A stretch of 64,000 bases of DNA from an uncultured Acidobacteriota bacterium (GTDB lineage: Bacteria; Acidobacteriota; Thermoanaerobaculia; UBA5066; Gp7-AA6), in contig CAVXTP010000021.1 in assembly GCA_963764715.1 (NCBI GenBank), positions 320,001 through 384,000 of the forward strand, in the 5' to 3' direction. Positions 40,198-50,724 of the stretch are shown one piece after another. How positions within the stretch are numbered: the stretch's first letter is position 1; each line of letters opens with the position of its first letter. The translations under genes were made by a program, and so were the position numbers. The notes beneath the pieces were generated by a model, which was not told the origin of the DNA, did not search any database, and was given only the letters and a program-made list of their open reading frames with translations.

Positions 40198-40623
40198 TCA
40201 CTCCGACCCCGGGGTGTGGATCCAGCAGGGGATCGAGGTCAGGAACGTGAATCCGGCGCGCTCGTAAAAGCCCTTCGCCGTCTCCCGGCTGTCGAGGTAG
40301 ACCTTCGGGATGCCCTCCTCGGCGGCCCGCCGGCCGAGCCAGCGCAGCATCTGGCCGCCGTGGCCGTGGCCCCGCACGTCTTCGGCCGTGACGAGGTCGT
40401 CCACGAACAGGTGCTCCCCCCGCGACAGGGTGTGGGAGCGCCGAACACCCGCCAGGCAGACGAGCCGCCCGTCCTCGAAGCCGCCGAAGAGCTGGTAGCC
40501 CTCGAGGTGCTGCCGGCGGACCTCGGCGACGAACGTCTCCTCGCGGAGCCGGTCGCGCAGCTGCCGCGCCAGGGGGAAGGCCGCGGCGATGTCGGCGTCG
40601 GTCGAGAGCTCGCGGATGTCCAT
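40198..40623 (-). CDS. GNAT family N-acetyltransferase
   Basis: 141 aa; VDDLVT..VRGHGHGGQML motif A, AKGFYERAGF; RBS AAGGAG. Confidence 0.88.
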   Translation of the reverse strand: MDIRELSTDADIAAAFPLARQLRDRLREETFVAEVRRQHLEGYQLFGGFEDGRLVCLAGVRRSHTLSRGEHLFVDDLVTAEDVRGHGHGGQMLRWLGRRAAEEGIPKVYLDSRETAKGFYERAGFTFLTSIPCWIHTPGSE

Positions 40624-40647
40624 GGCGCCCGCCGGTCTCCTTATGCC

Positions 40648-40875
40648 TTATGGAAACTGGAGCCGTCCACCAGAGGCGCGCCGACCCCCGAAGGCAGACC
40701 CCCGGCAGTAGGCAACGCCGGGCGAAGCACGGCGGTAACTCAAATGCGACTTCTGGCCAACGCTCATGGAAATTGGAGCCGGCCACCGAAGGCAGACCCC
40801 CGGCAGTAGGCAACGCCGTGCGAAGCACGGTGGTAACTCAAATGCGACTCTTGGCCAACGCTCATGGAAATTGGA
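40648..40875. repeat. Tandem REP-like element copies 3 and 4 (98-bp period), each bounded by a copy of the paralog 16 3' end
   Basis: CTCATGGAAATTGGA at 40763 and 40861; ATGGAAACTGGA at 40650; two copies of the GTAG-hairpin core. Confidence 0.88.
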
Positions 40876-43252
40876 AGGTGTTGTACAGGAACGCCGCCAT
40901 CTGGTCGCGCCGGACGGGACTGGCTGGGCAGTAGTTGGTACCGCCGCAGCCGCTGGTAATGCCCTCGGCGGCGAGCTGCTCGATCCAGTCGGCGAAAGTC
41001 GACGGGCAGGGCACGTCGGTGAAGTCGCCGCTGCAGACGGGCGGCACGTAGCTCGAGCCGTGCTTGCTCTTCAGGAGGAAGACGGCCATCTGCTGCCGCG
41101 TCACCGGATTGGTCGGGCAATAGTTGCCGCCTCCGCAGCCGCCCGTGATCCCGGCGGCGGCGAGCGCTTCGATCCAGGGCGCGAAGCCGCTCGAGCACGG
41201 GACGTCCGGGAAGACGCCGCTGCACGGCGGCGGCACGTAGCAGAGGCCGTTCTTCGACTTCAAGAGAAACACCGCCATCTGCTGGCGGGTGACCGTGTTC
41301 AACGGGCAGTAGATCCCCGTGCCGCAGCCGACGGTGATGGCGTTGGAGACGAGCTTGGTGATGTAGAAGTAGAACTGCTGGGCGCCGGGCACGTCGCCGA
41401 AGTCCGCGATCCAACCGTTGCGCAGCGTTCCCGCCGTTCCGCTCGGATTGGTGACGACGATGTCGTTGAGCGAGCCGGCCGGCCGGGCCGGCGTGACCGC
41501 CTGGATGCTGTGGTCGTTGTTGACGACGACCCCGGTCGCGGCGGCGCCGCCGACCGTCACCGTCGCCCCGTTTTCGAGGAGCATGCCCGTCAGCGAGACC
41601 GTCGTGCCGCCGGCGGGAGGACCGGCGCCGGGACTGCTCGCGAAGACGATGCGCTGCGAGAACTCGGAGGTGTTCCCGTTCGGGTCGGTCGCCGTCGCCG
41701 TCACGACCTGGCCGGGCTGCAGGACGAACGGCACGTCGGTCGAAAACGTCGCGTTCCCGGAGCCGTCCGTCGTGACCTGGAGAGACCCCAGATAGTTCTC
41801 GCCCTGGACGTACCCCTGGGGGACCGGCACGCAGGCCGCGGTCGAATAGAGGTCGACGTCGAAGGTCGTCGAGGCGGTGCTGTTGAGGATTCCCTGGATG
41901 TTCGTCGTCGACGCGCCCGGCGTGACCGTCTTGACGATGGGGTAGTTCTGGCCGCCGTTGGGGCCGACGTCGGCGTCCCCCGGGTCGTTCGGCGTGACGC
42001 CCCCGCTTCCGCCGACGTAGAGGTCGATTCCGAGCGGGCGGTTGGCGAACATGCGGTTCCCGCGGATGCGCGCGCCCTGCGGCCCGCCGTTGGCGACGCC
42101 TCCGTAGGGAGGCCCGTTGAAGGCGATGACGTTGCCCTCGCCCGGCGAGATTCCGCCGATCGTCCAGTTGTTGCCTCCCACCGCCATCGCGCCGCCCTTG
42201 TTGCCGAGGTCGAGAGTGGCCGAGGCGTCGGTACCGATGAAGTTGCCCTGAATGACCTCTCCGGAGCCGCCCTCGCTGAGAATGCCCTGGTTCGTGCTGG
42301 CGGCGATCACGTTGTGCAGCACGTTGCAGTTCTGGTTCGGGATCGACACGCCGACGCTGTTGCCGAGAGGCAGCGTCCCGGTGACGTCGGTGCCGATGAA
42401 GTTGCCCTGGACCGTCGCCTGGGCGCCCGTGCCTCCGACGGTGTAGCCGATGCCGACGCCGTAACCCGTCCCGCCGGAGATGACGTTGCGCGAGGCCGCC
42501 GTCGGGCCGCCGATGACGACGTTGGTTCCGATGCGGACGTACACGTTGGCGTAGACGAAGCTGCCCGGGATCGTCGCCGTGCCCGCGGCGTTGGTGCCGA
42601 TGAGGTTGCCGCGGATGAGCGCGTTCGTTCCGCCGCTGTCGCCCACGAGGACCTGCGCCGCGTCGTTGCCGGAAATCACGTTCCGGTCCGCGGGATTCGT
42701 GCCGCCGACGCTGACGGCTGTGGTCTCGATGTCGACGCCGTAGCTCTGCGCTCCGGGCCGAGTGGCGCCGGCCGGGTCCGTGCCGATGAAGTTGCCGACG
42801 ATGATGGTGCCGCTCCCGGCCCCGCCCACCTGAATCCCGGCGTTCTTGCAGCGGTTGATCGCGAGCCCGCGGATCGTGACGTTGCCGGCGTTGGATATCA
42901 GGCCGTTGGTCCCGAACCCCAGCGCCGAGCCGTCGATCTCGATCCGGATCACCGCGTTGGTGCCCTGGCCGATGCCGTTCGTGTTCGCCGCCGCGCCGGG
43001 CTGCGTGTAGCCGTCGATGGTCACGGCGTCGGTGATCGCCGGCAGCGCCGTCGCCGGGACGATCGTGTGCACGCCGCTGCCGACGATGGAGAAGGCGACC
43101 GTGTCGTTGCCGGGGCTCCCGTTGGCGTCGAGGATCGCCTGGCGGAGGGACCCCGCGCCCGAATCGGCGGTCGTCGTGACCGTGTAGGTGTTCGCCGAAA
43201 CCACCGCGGCGAGCCCGAAGGCTGCCAGGCCGAGAGCTGACTTGAGACGCAC
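40862..43252 (-). CDS. Beta-helix/IPT/SLH surface protein (paralog 16)
   Basis: GTG 43252 after GAGGAGG (alternative ATG 43270). Confidence 0.87.
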   Translation of the reverse strand: MRLKSALGLAAFGLAAVVSANTYTVTTTADSGAGSLRQAILDANGSPGNDTVAFSIVGSGVHTIVPATALPAITDAVTIDGYTQPGAAANTNGIGQGTNAVIRIEIDGSALGFGTNGLISNAGNVTIRGLAINRCKNAGIQVGGAGSGTIIVGNFIGTDPAGATRPGAQSYGVDIETTAVSVGGTNPADRNVISGNDAAQVLVGDSGGTNALIRGNLIGTNAAGTATIPGSFVYANVYVRIGTNVVIGGPTAASRNVISGGTGYGVGIGYTVGGTGAQATVQGNFIGTDVTGTLPLGNSVGVSIPNQNCNVLHNVIAASTNQGILSEGGSGEVIQGNFIGTDASATLDLGNKGGAMAVGGNNWTIGGISPGEGNVIAFNGPPYGGVANGGPQGARIRGNRMFANRPLGIDLYVGGSGGVTPNDPGDADVGPNGGQNYPIVKTVTPGASTTNIQGILNSTASTTFDVDLYSTAACVPVPQGYVQGENYLGSLQVTTDGSGNATFSTDVPFVLQPGQVVTATATDPNGNTSEFSQRIVFASSPGAGPPAGGTTVSLTGMLLENGATVTVGGAAATGVVVNNDHSIQAVTPARPAGSLNDIVVTNPSGTAGTLRNGWIADFGDVPGAQQFYFYITKLVSNAITVGCGTGIYCPLNTVTRQQMAVFLLKSKNGLCYVPPPCSGVFPDVPCSSGFAPWIEALAAAGITGGCGGGNYCPTNPVTRQQMAVFLLKSKHGSSYVPPVCSGDFTDVPCPSTFADWIEQLAAEGITSGCGGTNYCPASPVRRDQMAAFLYNTFQFP

Positions 43253-43292
43253 GTGGACCTCCTCGTTCATGACTGGTCGGATCGCCGAACCC

Positions 43293-45683
43293 TCAAGGAA
43301 AATCGAACGTGTTGTAGAGAAAGGCGGCCATCTGGTCGCGGCGCACGGGGTTCGCCGGGCAGTAATTGCCGCCTCCGCACCCGCCCGTGATCGACTCGGC
43401 CGCGAGCTGCTCGATCCAGTCGGCGAACTGCGACGGGCAGGCCACGTCGAGGAAGTCGCCGGTGCACGGCGGCGGCACGAAGCTCGAGCCGTGGAGCGTC
43501 TTCAGGAGGAACACCGCCATCTGCTGGCGCGTGACGGGGTTGCCGGGACAGTAGTTGCCGTTGCCGCAGCCGCCGGTGATGCCCGCGGCTGCCAGGGCCT
43601 CGATCCACGGGGCGAAGGGGTTCGCGGGGCACGCGACGTCCGGGAACTGCCCCACGCAGGGAGGAGGCACGAAGCAGAGGCCGTTCTTGGACTTCAGCAG
43701 GAAGACGGCCATCTGCCCGCGCGTCACCGAGTTGAGAGGGCAGTAGTTGCCCCCTCCGCATCCGCCCGTGATGCCGTTGGAGACGAGCTTGATGATCTGG
43801 AAGTAGAACTGCTGGGCGTTGGGGACGTCGGTGAAGTTGGCGATCCAGCCGCTCGGCAGCGTCCCGGCCGTGCCGCTCGGATTCGTGACGGTCACCGGAT
43901 TGAGAGTTCCCGCCGGAAGGGCGGGTGTCAGCGCCGTGATCGTCGACGAATTGACGACGTCAACGCCGGTGGCGGCGACCCCCCCGATCGACACCGCGGC
44001 CCCGGCCTCGAAGAGCATGCCCTTGACGGCGATCGCCGTCCCGCCGGCCGCCGGTCCGGACGTCGGATTGTTGAGCGAAAAGACGATGCGCTGCGAGATC
44101 TCCGACGTGTTGCCGTCCGGATCGGTCGCCGTCGCGCTGATGCGTGCCCCCACCTCCGTGATCGCCGGCAGCGTGTGGTCGAACGAGGCGTTCCCGGAAC
44201 CGTCCGTCGTGACCTGGAAGGAGCCGAGGTACTCCTCGGCCTCCAGGAACTCCTGCGGCTGGCTCGCGCACGGAGGATTGGCGTAGACGTCGATGTCGTA
44301 GGTCTTGGAGGCCACGCTGTTCAGCACGCCCTGGACCCTCGTTCCCGTGCCCTGCGGGAGGGCCGGGCCCGCGGACGTGAGGATCGGGTAGTTCTGCAGC
44401 CCGTTGGCGCCGGAATCCCCGTCGCCGGGGTCGTTGACCTGGATCCCGAAGCTGCTGAGCTCGATACCGAGCCCCGGACCGCTCGCGGATCGGTTCTCGT
44501 AGATCCGGTTTCCGCGGATCGTGACCCGCTGGCCGCTGACCGAGACGCCCGCTCCGCTGATCGCTCCGTTGAACGCGATGGTGTTGGCCTCGCCCGGGCC
44601 CGTTCCCCCGATTGCGTTGTCGCTGCCGCTGACGGTGATGCCCGTGGTCTCGTTGCCGAGGTCGATGGTCCCGGTCGCGTCGGTGCCGAGGAAGTTGCCG
44701 CGCACGAGGCTGTTGGAGCCTCCGAGGCTGATTCCCGGCTGCGCGCCGCCGATGACGTTTCCGTCGCCGGCCGCGGTGCTTCCGATCGAATGGCCGCTGC
44801 CCCCCGTCTGGATGCCTTCTCCCTCGATCCCCAGCTCGACCGTGCCGGCGGCGTTCGTGCCGATCCGGTTGCCGCGAACTGCGTGGCCCGTGCCGGCGAG
44901 AACGACTCCCTTTCCGAGGCCCGCGATGGCGTTGTCCTCGATGACGTGGCTCGACCCGTTGACCGACACGCCGGTCGCGGCCGCTCCGCAGGCGGGGGCG
45001 AGGACGGCGTCTCCGGCCGCGGTCAGGCCGATGAGGTTGCCCTGGATCACGTGCGCCGTCGGGGAGCCCGAGTTCACGATGCCGACGCCGGTCTGGCAGC
45101 CGCCGATGAGGTTGCGGGACGCGGGCGTCGGCCCGCCGATGACCACGCCCGACTGGCCGGTGATTTCGATCTGCTTGTCGGGGTTCTGGTCGACGCGCGC
45201 GCCGCCCGCGGCGTCGGTGCCGAGGAAGCATCCCTCGACCTTGCTCGTGTCGAAGGAGCCGGCCGAGAACGAAACGCCGACGTCGCAGTTGTTGATGACG
45301 AGGCCCTTGATGGTCACGTCGCTCGCCGAGACCGTGAAGCAGGCTCCAGTGGCCGCGGCGCCGTTGACGGCCACGCGCAGGACGGTGTTCAGGCCCTGCC
45401 CGGCCGGCAGCGTGTTCACGAGCGCTCCCGTCTGCGTGTATCCGTCGATCGTGACGGCGAACGTGATCGCGGGGAGAGGGGAGGCGATGGCGATCGATTG
45501 CACCCCGCTGCCTGCGAGGTTGAAGGCGATCGTGTCGAGGCCCGCCGCGCCGTTGGCGTCGAGGATGGCCTGCCGGAGCGACCCGGCGCCCGAGTCGCTG
45601 GTGTTCGTCACGGTGAAGGTTGCCGCCGACCCCGCCGCGGCGATTCCGATAGCCACGAGTCCGGTCAGGATTCGGGTGCGCAC
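43293..45683 (-). CDS. Beta-helix/IPT/SLH surface protein (paralog 17)
   Basis: 796 aa; GTG start; TAGAAT -10-like hexamer at about 45711-45716. Confidence 0.9.
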   Translation of the reverse strand: MRTRILTGLVAIGIAAAGSAATFTVTNTSDSGAGSLRQAILDANGAAGLDTIAFNLAGSGVQSIAIASPLPAITFAVTIDGYTQTGALVNTLPAGQGLNTVLRVAVNGAAATGACFTVSASDVTIKGLVINNCDVGVSFSAGSFDTSKVEGCFLGTDAAGGARVDQNPDKQIEITGQSGVVIGGPTPASRNLIGGCQTGVGIVNSGSPTAHVIQGNLIGLTAAGDAVLAPACGAAATGVSVNGSSHVIEDNAIAGLGKGVVLAGTGHAVRGNRIGTNAAGTVELGIEGEGIQTGGSGHSIGSTAAGDGNVIGGAQPGISLGGSNSLVRGNFLGTDATGTIDLGNETTGITVSGSDNAIGGTGPGEANTIAFNGAISGAGVSVSGQRVTIRGNRIYENRSASGPGLGIELSSFGIQVNDPGDGDSGANGLQNYPILTSAGPALPQGTGTRVQGVLNSVASKTYDIDVYANPPCASQPQEFLEAEEYLGSFQVTTDGSGNASFDHTLPAITEVGARISATATDPDGNTSEISQRIVFSLNNPTSGPAAGGTAIAVKGMLFEAGAAVSIGGVAATGVDVVNSSTITALTPALPAGTLNPVTVTNPSGTAGTLPSGWIANFTDVPNAQQFYFQIIKLVSNGITGGCGGGNYCPLNSVTRGQMAVFLLKSKNGLCFVPPPCVGQFPDVACPANPFAPWIEALAAAGITGGCGNGNYCPGNPVTRQQMAVFLLKTLHGSSFVPPPCTGDFLDVACPSQFADWIEQLAAESITGGCGGGNYCPANPVRRDQMAAFLYNTFDFP

Positions 45684-45775
45684 GCCTTTGCCTCCGCTGA
45701 TGTGGCGGGGATTCTATCCAAATCGTTCGCGCCAGCTCGGGGCCTCCGGAGCGGCATCGAAGGGCCGCCCGGTCC

Positions 45776-48136
45776 TCAGGGGAACTGGAACGTGTTGTAG
45801 AGAAACGCGGCCATCTGGTCCCGCCGGACAGCCTGGGTCGGGCAGTAGTTGGAGCCGCCGCAGCCGCCCGTGATGCCCTCGGCCGAGAGCTGCTCGATCC
45901 AGTCGGCGAACTGCGACGGGCACGGGACGTCGGCGAAGTCGCCGCTGCACGGCGGGGGCAGGTAGCTCGACCCGTGTTTCGTCTTGAGAAGGAAGACCGC
46001 CATCTGCTGGCGCGTGACCGGGTTCGCCGGGCAGTAGTTGCCGCCGCCGCAGCCGCCGGTGATCCCGGCGGCGGCGAGGGCCTCGATCCAGGGCGCGAAC
46101 CCGCTCGAGCACGGAACGTCGGGAAACGTGCTGACGCACGGCGGCGGCACGTAGCAGAGGCCGTTCTTCGACTTCAGCAGGAAGACCGCCATCTGCGCGC
46201 GCGTGACCGAGTTGAGGGGACAGTAGACGCCGGTGCCGCAGCCGGCCGTGATCCCGTTGGCGACGAGCTTGGTGATGTGGAAATGGAACTGCTGGACGCC
46301 CGGCACGTCGCTGAAGTCGGCGATCCAGCCGTTGGGCAGCGTCCCCGCGGTCCCGCTCGGATTCGCCACGGTGATCGCGTTGAGCGTTCCGGGCGAGAGC
46401 GCCGGGGATTTGGCCGTGATCGATGCGCTGCTCGTGACGTTGACGTCGGTGGCAGGAGCGCCGCCAACCGTGACCGTCGCGCCGTTCTCGAACAGCATGC
46501 CGGCGAGGGTGAAGCTCGTCCCGCCCGCCGGCGGGCCTCCACCGATGTTCGACGAGAACACCAGCCGCTGGGAGAACTCGGACGTATTGCCGTTGGGGTC
46601 GGTCGCGGTGGCGGTGATTCGGGCTCCGACCTCGACCGTCGCGGGCAGCGTGACGTCGAAGCTGGCGTTCCCCGACCCGTCGGTCGTGACCTGGGTCGAG
46701 CCGATGTAGTCCTCGCCTTCGAGGAATTCCTGGGGGCGGTTGGCGCACGCGGGGTTGGAATAGAAATCGAGGTCGAACGTCGTCGAGGCGGTGCTGTTGA
46801 GCACGCCGACGACGTGCGTTCCGGAACCGCCGGCCAGCGCCGGCCCGTCCGAGATCAGAATCGGGAAGTTCTGGAACCCATTGGGCCCCGTGTCGCCGTC
46901 GCCCGGGTCGTTGGGCGTGACACCCGCGTTGCCATTGGAGAGGTCGATCCCGAGGCCGTTGTTGGAGTAGATGCGATTGCCCCGGATGTGGACCTGCTGG
47001 CCGCTGACGGCGATGCCGCCGGTTCCAAAAGTGATGCCGTTGAACGCGATCGTGTTGCCCTCGCCCGCGCCGATGCCGCCGATCGTCATGTTCGTGCCGT
47101 CGACGTTGATGCCGATGCGGTTGCTCCCGAGGTCGATCGTGCCCGTCGGGTCGGTGCCGATGAAGTTGCCGTAGACGACGTGGCCCGAGCCGCCCAACCG
47201 CAATCCTTCGTAGAAGTTGGCCGCGGCGATGACGTTGCCGTCGCCCGGCGCCGTCCCGCCGACCGTGTGGCCGGTGCCGACGAGCGCGAAACCATGCTCG
47301 TACACTTCCAGCCGCACGGTCCCCGTCACATCCGTGCCGATGAAATTGCCCTTGAAAGTGTGCCCGGTCCCGTTCACGCTGATTCCGTTGCTCCCTCCTG
47401 CGATGACGTTGTCCCGGGCGGTGTTTCCGGATCCGTTGAAGTTCAGCGCGAACGACGTTCCCGGGCAGGCCGGGGTCAGCAGCGCGTTTCCGCTTGCCGC
47501 CAGGCCGAACAGATTCCCCTGCACGACGTGAGCCGTTCCGGCTCCGGCGAGCGTGACGCCGGCCTGGCATGCGGCGATGAGGTTGCGCGCGCCGGGCGCG
47601 GCCCCGCCGATCGTCGCGCCCGATTCGCCGGTCACGGTCACCTGGGTGCCGAAGCCCCCGTCGAGCCGCTGCGTTCCGGTCACGTCGGTCCCGATGAAGC
47701 AGCCCTCGACCTTGTTGTTCGAGAACGCGCCGTTGTTGAAGACCACGCTCCCGCCGTGGATCGAGAGGCCCCGGATGGTCGTGTCGCTCGCGGAGACGCC
47801 GAGGGATCCGACGAGCTCGATCGTGAGCACGCTGTTGAGGCCCTGGCCCACGGGATGGGTGTTCGGGCTCGAGCCCGCCTGCGTGAATCCATCGATCGTG
47901 ACCGGAGACGTGATCACCGGCAGGGCGGTCACCGGGGTGATCGTGTGAACTCCCGAGCCCGCGATGTTGAACGCGATCGTGTCGGGCCCGACGTTGGCGT
48001 TGGCGTCGAGGATCGCCTGGCGCAGCGTTCCCGCCCCGGCGTCGGCCGTCGAGGTCACCGTGTAGGTGTTGGCCAGAGCCGGAACGCCGACGAGCAGGGC
48101 CACGAGGGCCACGAGGGCCGATGTAAGACGTCGCAC
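45776..48136 (-). CDS. Beta-helix/IPT/SLH surface protein (paralog 18)
   Basis: GTG 48136 ([12 protein letters not shown]) after AAGGAGG. Confidence 0.88.
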   Translation of the reverse strand: MRRLTSALVALVALLVGVPALANTYTVTSTADAGAGTLRQAILDANANVGPDTIAFNIAGSGVHTITPVTALPVITSPVTIDGFTQAGSSPNTHPVGQGLNSVLTIELVGSLGVSASDTTIRGLSIHGGSVVFNNGAFSNNKVEGCFIGTDVTGTQRLDGGFGTQVTVTGESGATIGGAAPGARNLIAACQAGVTLAGAGTAHVVQGNLFGLAASGNALLTPACPGTSFALNFNGSGNTARDNVIAGGSNGISVNGTGHTFKGNFIGTDVTGTVRLEVYEHGFALVGTGHTVGGTAPGDGNVIAAANFYEGLRLGGSGHVVYGNFIGTDPTGTIDLGSNRIGINVDGTNMTIGGIGAGEGNTIAFNGITFGTGGIAVSGQQVHIRGNRIYSNNGLGIDLSNGNAGVTPNDPGDGDTGPNGFQNFPILISDGPALAGGSGTHVVGVLNSTASTTFDLDFYSNPACANRPQEFLEGEDYIGSTQVTTDGSGNASFDVTLPATVEVGARITATATDPNGNTSEFSQRLVFSSNIGGGPPAGGTSFTLAGMLFENGATVTVGGAPATDVNVTSSASITAKSPALSPGTLNAITVANPSGTAGTLPNGWIADFSDVPGVQQFHFHITKLVANGITAGCGTGVYCPLNSVTRAQMAVFLLKSKNGLCYVPPPCVSTFPDVPCSSGFAPWIEALAAAGITGGCGGGNYCPANPVTRQQMAVFLLKTKHGSSYLPPPCSGDFADVPCPSQFADWIEQLSAEGITGGCGGSNYCPTQAVRRDQMAAFLYNTFQFP

Positions 48137-48156
48137 GCGATGCCTCCTTTGCCGGG

Positions 48157-50574
48157 CTACGGAAGACGGAAGGCGAGGAACAGAAACGCCGCCATCTGGC
48201 CGCGCGTGACGGAGTTCGTCGGACAGAAGTTGCCGCCCCCGCAGCCGCCGGTGATGTTTTCGGCCGCGAGCTGCTCGATCCAGTCCGCGAACTGCGAGGG
48301 GCAGGGGACGTCGGGGAAGTCGCCGCTGCAGGGCGGCGGAGCGTAGCTCGCGCCGTGCTTGGCCTTCAGCAGGAAGACCGCCATCTGCTGGCGCAACACG
48401 GGATTGCCGGGGCAGTACTTGCCGCCGCCGCAGCCTCCCGTGATGCCTTCCGCGGCGAGCGCCTCGATCCAGTTCGCGAAAGTCGACGGGCAGGCCACGT
48501 CTCCGAAGGTGCCGGAGCAGGGCGGCGGTGTGTAGCAGACGCCGTACTTTCCTTTGAGGAGGAAGACCGCCATCTGCTGCCGCAGCGTGCTGTCGTTGAC
48601 CCCGTAGTTCCCGCCCCCGACGCCGGCGGTGATGTCGCTCCGGACGAGCTTGATGACGGCGCTGTGGAAGATGTTTGCGGGCGGCACATCGAGGAAGTTC
48701 GCGACCCATCCGTTGAAGAGGGTCCCGGAGGAGCCGCTCGGGTTCGTCACGACGATGTCGCTGACGCTCCCGGGCGGGAGGGCGGGCATGTTCGCGTGGA
48801 TCGCGGTGGCGCTGTCGACGACGACGCTCGAGGCGGCGGCCCCCCCCACCGTGACGGTGGCCCCGGCCTCGAAGAGCATGCCGGCGAGCGCCACGTTGGT
48901 TCCGCCGGCGGCAGGGCCGAAGAAGGGCGTGCTGGCGAAGACCAGCTCCTGCGAGAACTCGGAGGTGTTGCCGGAGGGGTCGGTCGCCGTCGCCGTGACG
49001 CGCTCGCCCGGCGCGATGTTGTCCGGCAGGACCGTGTCGAACACGCCGTTGCCCGAAGCGTCGGTCGTCACGACGATCGAGCCCATGTAGTCCTGGCCTT
49101 CGAGCAGGTCCTGGGGCCGCACGTTGCAGATCCTGTAGAAATCCACGTCGTAGGTGGTCGAGGCCTTGCTGTTCAGCGTGCCCTGGACCCGCGTGCCGTT
49201 GCCCTGCGGGATCTGGAGCGTCGCCGACGTCACGACCGGAAAGTTCTGGCGGCCGTTGGGACCCGTGTCCGCGTCGCCCGCGTCGTTGGGAGTGACGCCC
49301 GCAACGCCTCCCACGACGAGGTCGATTCCGAGGCCGTCGACAGTCGCCACCGGCCGATTGGCGTAGATCGAGTTGCCCCGGATCGTCGCCGTTCCCCCGG
49401 TGACTAAGATGCCTCCCGACGGGCTGGAGTTCTTTCCGTTGAACGCGATGAGGTTGCCTTCGCCGGGCCCGATTCCCCCGATGACCGCGCCGGTGGAGCT
49501 CGAAACCTGGATGCCGTTGCGCTGGGCGCCGAGGTCGAGCGTCCCGGTCGCGTCGGTTCCGATGAAATTTCCCCGGATGATCGGCGCGCCGGCGGCCACC
49601 CCGATGCCGTCGTAGACGCCCGCGATGGTGTTGCCGAGGATCTGGATGTTGCCGCTGCCGACGAGGCTGATCCCGCTGAACCCGTCGTTGACGAAGATCC
49701 CGCGGACGATGGCGCGCTGCCCCGTGACGTCGGTCCCGAAGAAGTTGCCCTGAATCGTGAAGTCCGCGGTGCCGAGGAGCTCGACACCCGCGGAAACGTT
49801 GCCGAAGACGTTCCTCGCGGCGGCCGTGGCGCCGCCCACGACGACTCCAGTTCCCGCGCTCAACAGCACGCCCGAGCTCGTATCCCCGACGGCGCGCAGC
49901 CAGTCCAGGCCCGACGGCTTCATCGCGATGAGGTTGCCCTGGATGACGTGTCCCGAGCCGCCGGCGATCTGAACCTGGCCGAAATTGAATCCGGAGATGA
50001 GATTCCGGTCCGCCGGCGTCGTCCCGCCGACGCGGGCTCCCGTCTGCTGGTTGATCAGCACGCCGGCGGAAATGTTTCCGTTGACGGGGATCGTCACGCC
50101 GTCGGTCTTCGTCCCGAGGAAGTTTCCCGCCACGACGTTGTTCGCCACGGCCGACGTGAGCTCGATCGCTGCGCCGGTGCAGTGGTACACCGCGAGGCCC
50201 CGGATCGTGACGTCGCTCGCCTTCGAGATCAGGCATCCGCCGAGCCCTGCGCCGTCGACCTCGATCTGGAGAACCGTGTCGAGGCCCTGGGCCGTCGAGT
50301 GGGTGTTGGGCGACGCTCCGGACTGCGTATAGCCGTCGATCGTCACCGCGCCGGTGATGTCGGGCAGCGCCGACGCGAGAGTGATCGTGTGCGGACCGGT
50401 TCCGACGATCGCGAACGCGATCGTGTCGGGGCCCGGGTTCCCGTTGGCGTCGAGGATCGCCTGGCGCAGCGTCCCGGCGCCGGAGTCGGCCGTCGACATC
50501 ACGGTGTACGTGTTGCCGGCAGCCGTCGCCGTGAGGGTCAGCAAAGCGAGGGCAAGACCGAGTCGCTGGTTCAT
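48157..50574 (-). CDS. Beta-helix/IPT/SLH surface protein (paralog 19)
   Basis: ATG 50574 (MNQRLGLAL), RBS CAGGAG. Confidence 0.88.
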   Translation of the reverse strand: MNQRLGLALALLTLTATAAGNTYTVMSTADSGAGTLRQAILDANGNPGPDTIAFAIVGTGPHTITLASALPDITGAVTIDGYTQSGASPNTHSTAQGLDTVLQIEVDGAGLGGCLISKASDVTIRGLAVYHCTGAAIELTSAVANNVVAGNFLGTKTDGVTIPVNGNISAGVLINQQTGARVGGTTPADRNLISGFNFGQVQIAGGSGHVIQGNLIAMKPSGLDWLRAVGDTSSGVLLSAGTGVVVGGATAAARNVFGNVSAGVELLGTADFTIQGNFFGTDVTGQRAIVRGIFVNDGFSGISLVGSGNIQILGNTIAGVYDGIGVAAGAPIIRGNFIGTDATGTLDLGAQRNGIQVSSSTGAVIGGIGPGEGNLIAFNGKNSSPSGGILVTGGTATIRGNSIYANRPVATVDGLGIDLVVGGVAGVTPNDAGDADTGPNGRQNFPVVTSATLQIPQGNGTRVQGTLNSKASTTYDVDFYRICNVRPQDLLEGQDYMGSIVVTTDASGNGVFDTVLPDNIAPGERVTATATDPSGNTSEFSQELVFASTPFFGPAAGGTNVALAGMLFEAGATVTVGGAAASSVVVDSATAIHANMPALPPGSVSDIVVTNPSGSSGTLFNGWVANFLDVPPANIFHSAVIKLVRSDITAGVGGGNYGVNDSTLRQQMAVFLLKGKYGVCYTPPPCSGTFGDVACPSTFANWIEALAAEGITGGCGGGKYCPGNPVLRQQMAVFLLKAKHGASYAPPPCSGDFPDVPCPSQFADWIEQLAAENITGGCGGGNFCPTNSVTRGQMAAFLFLAFRLP

Positions 50575-50582
50575 TGGGCGTT

Positions 50583-50624
50583 CTCCTGTCCCGAATCTCG
50601 ACAAATGGCGGCGGCCGGGGTCAA
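50583..50624 (-). promoter_or_regulatory. Conserved promoter-like motif TTGAC-N14-TTTGTCGAG
   Basis: Recurs upstream of paralogs 21, 22 and 23, a short distance from a CAGGAG RBS. Confidence 0.55.
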
Positions 50625-50627
50625 GCG

Positions 50628-50651
50628 AAAACGGGCCGTGAGGCCCGTTTT
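50628..50651. terminator. Bidirectional intrinsic terminator
   Basis: AAAACGGGCC-GTGA-GGCCCGTTTT perfect inverted repeat downstream of paralog 20. Confidence 0.75.
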
Positions 50652-50724
50652 GAAACAGTGGCGGCCGCGGGGGGGAGGCGACCCGCCCCCCGGGGCGCGC
50701 CTCCCGGGCGGTCCGGAAGAGGGT

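Noticed and set aside
40648-40875. CRISPR array
   Set aside because: Only two ~98-bp units, near-identical throughout with no unique spacers; no cas genes
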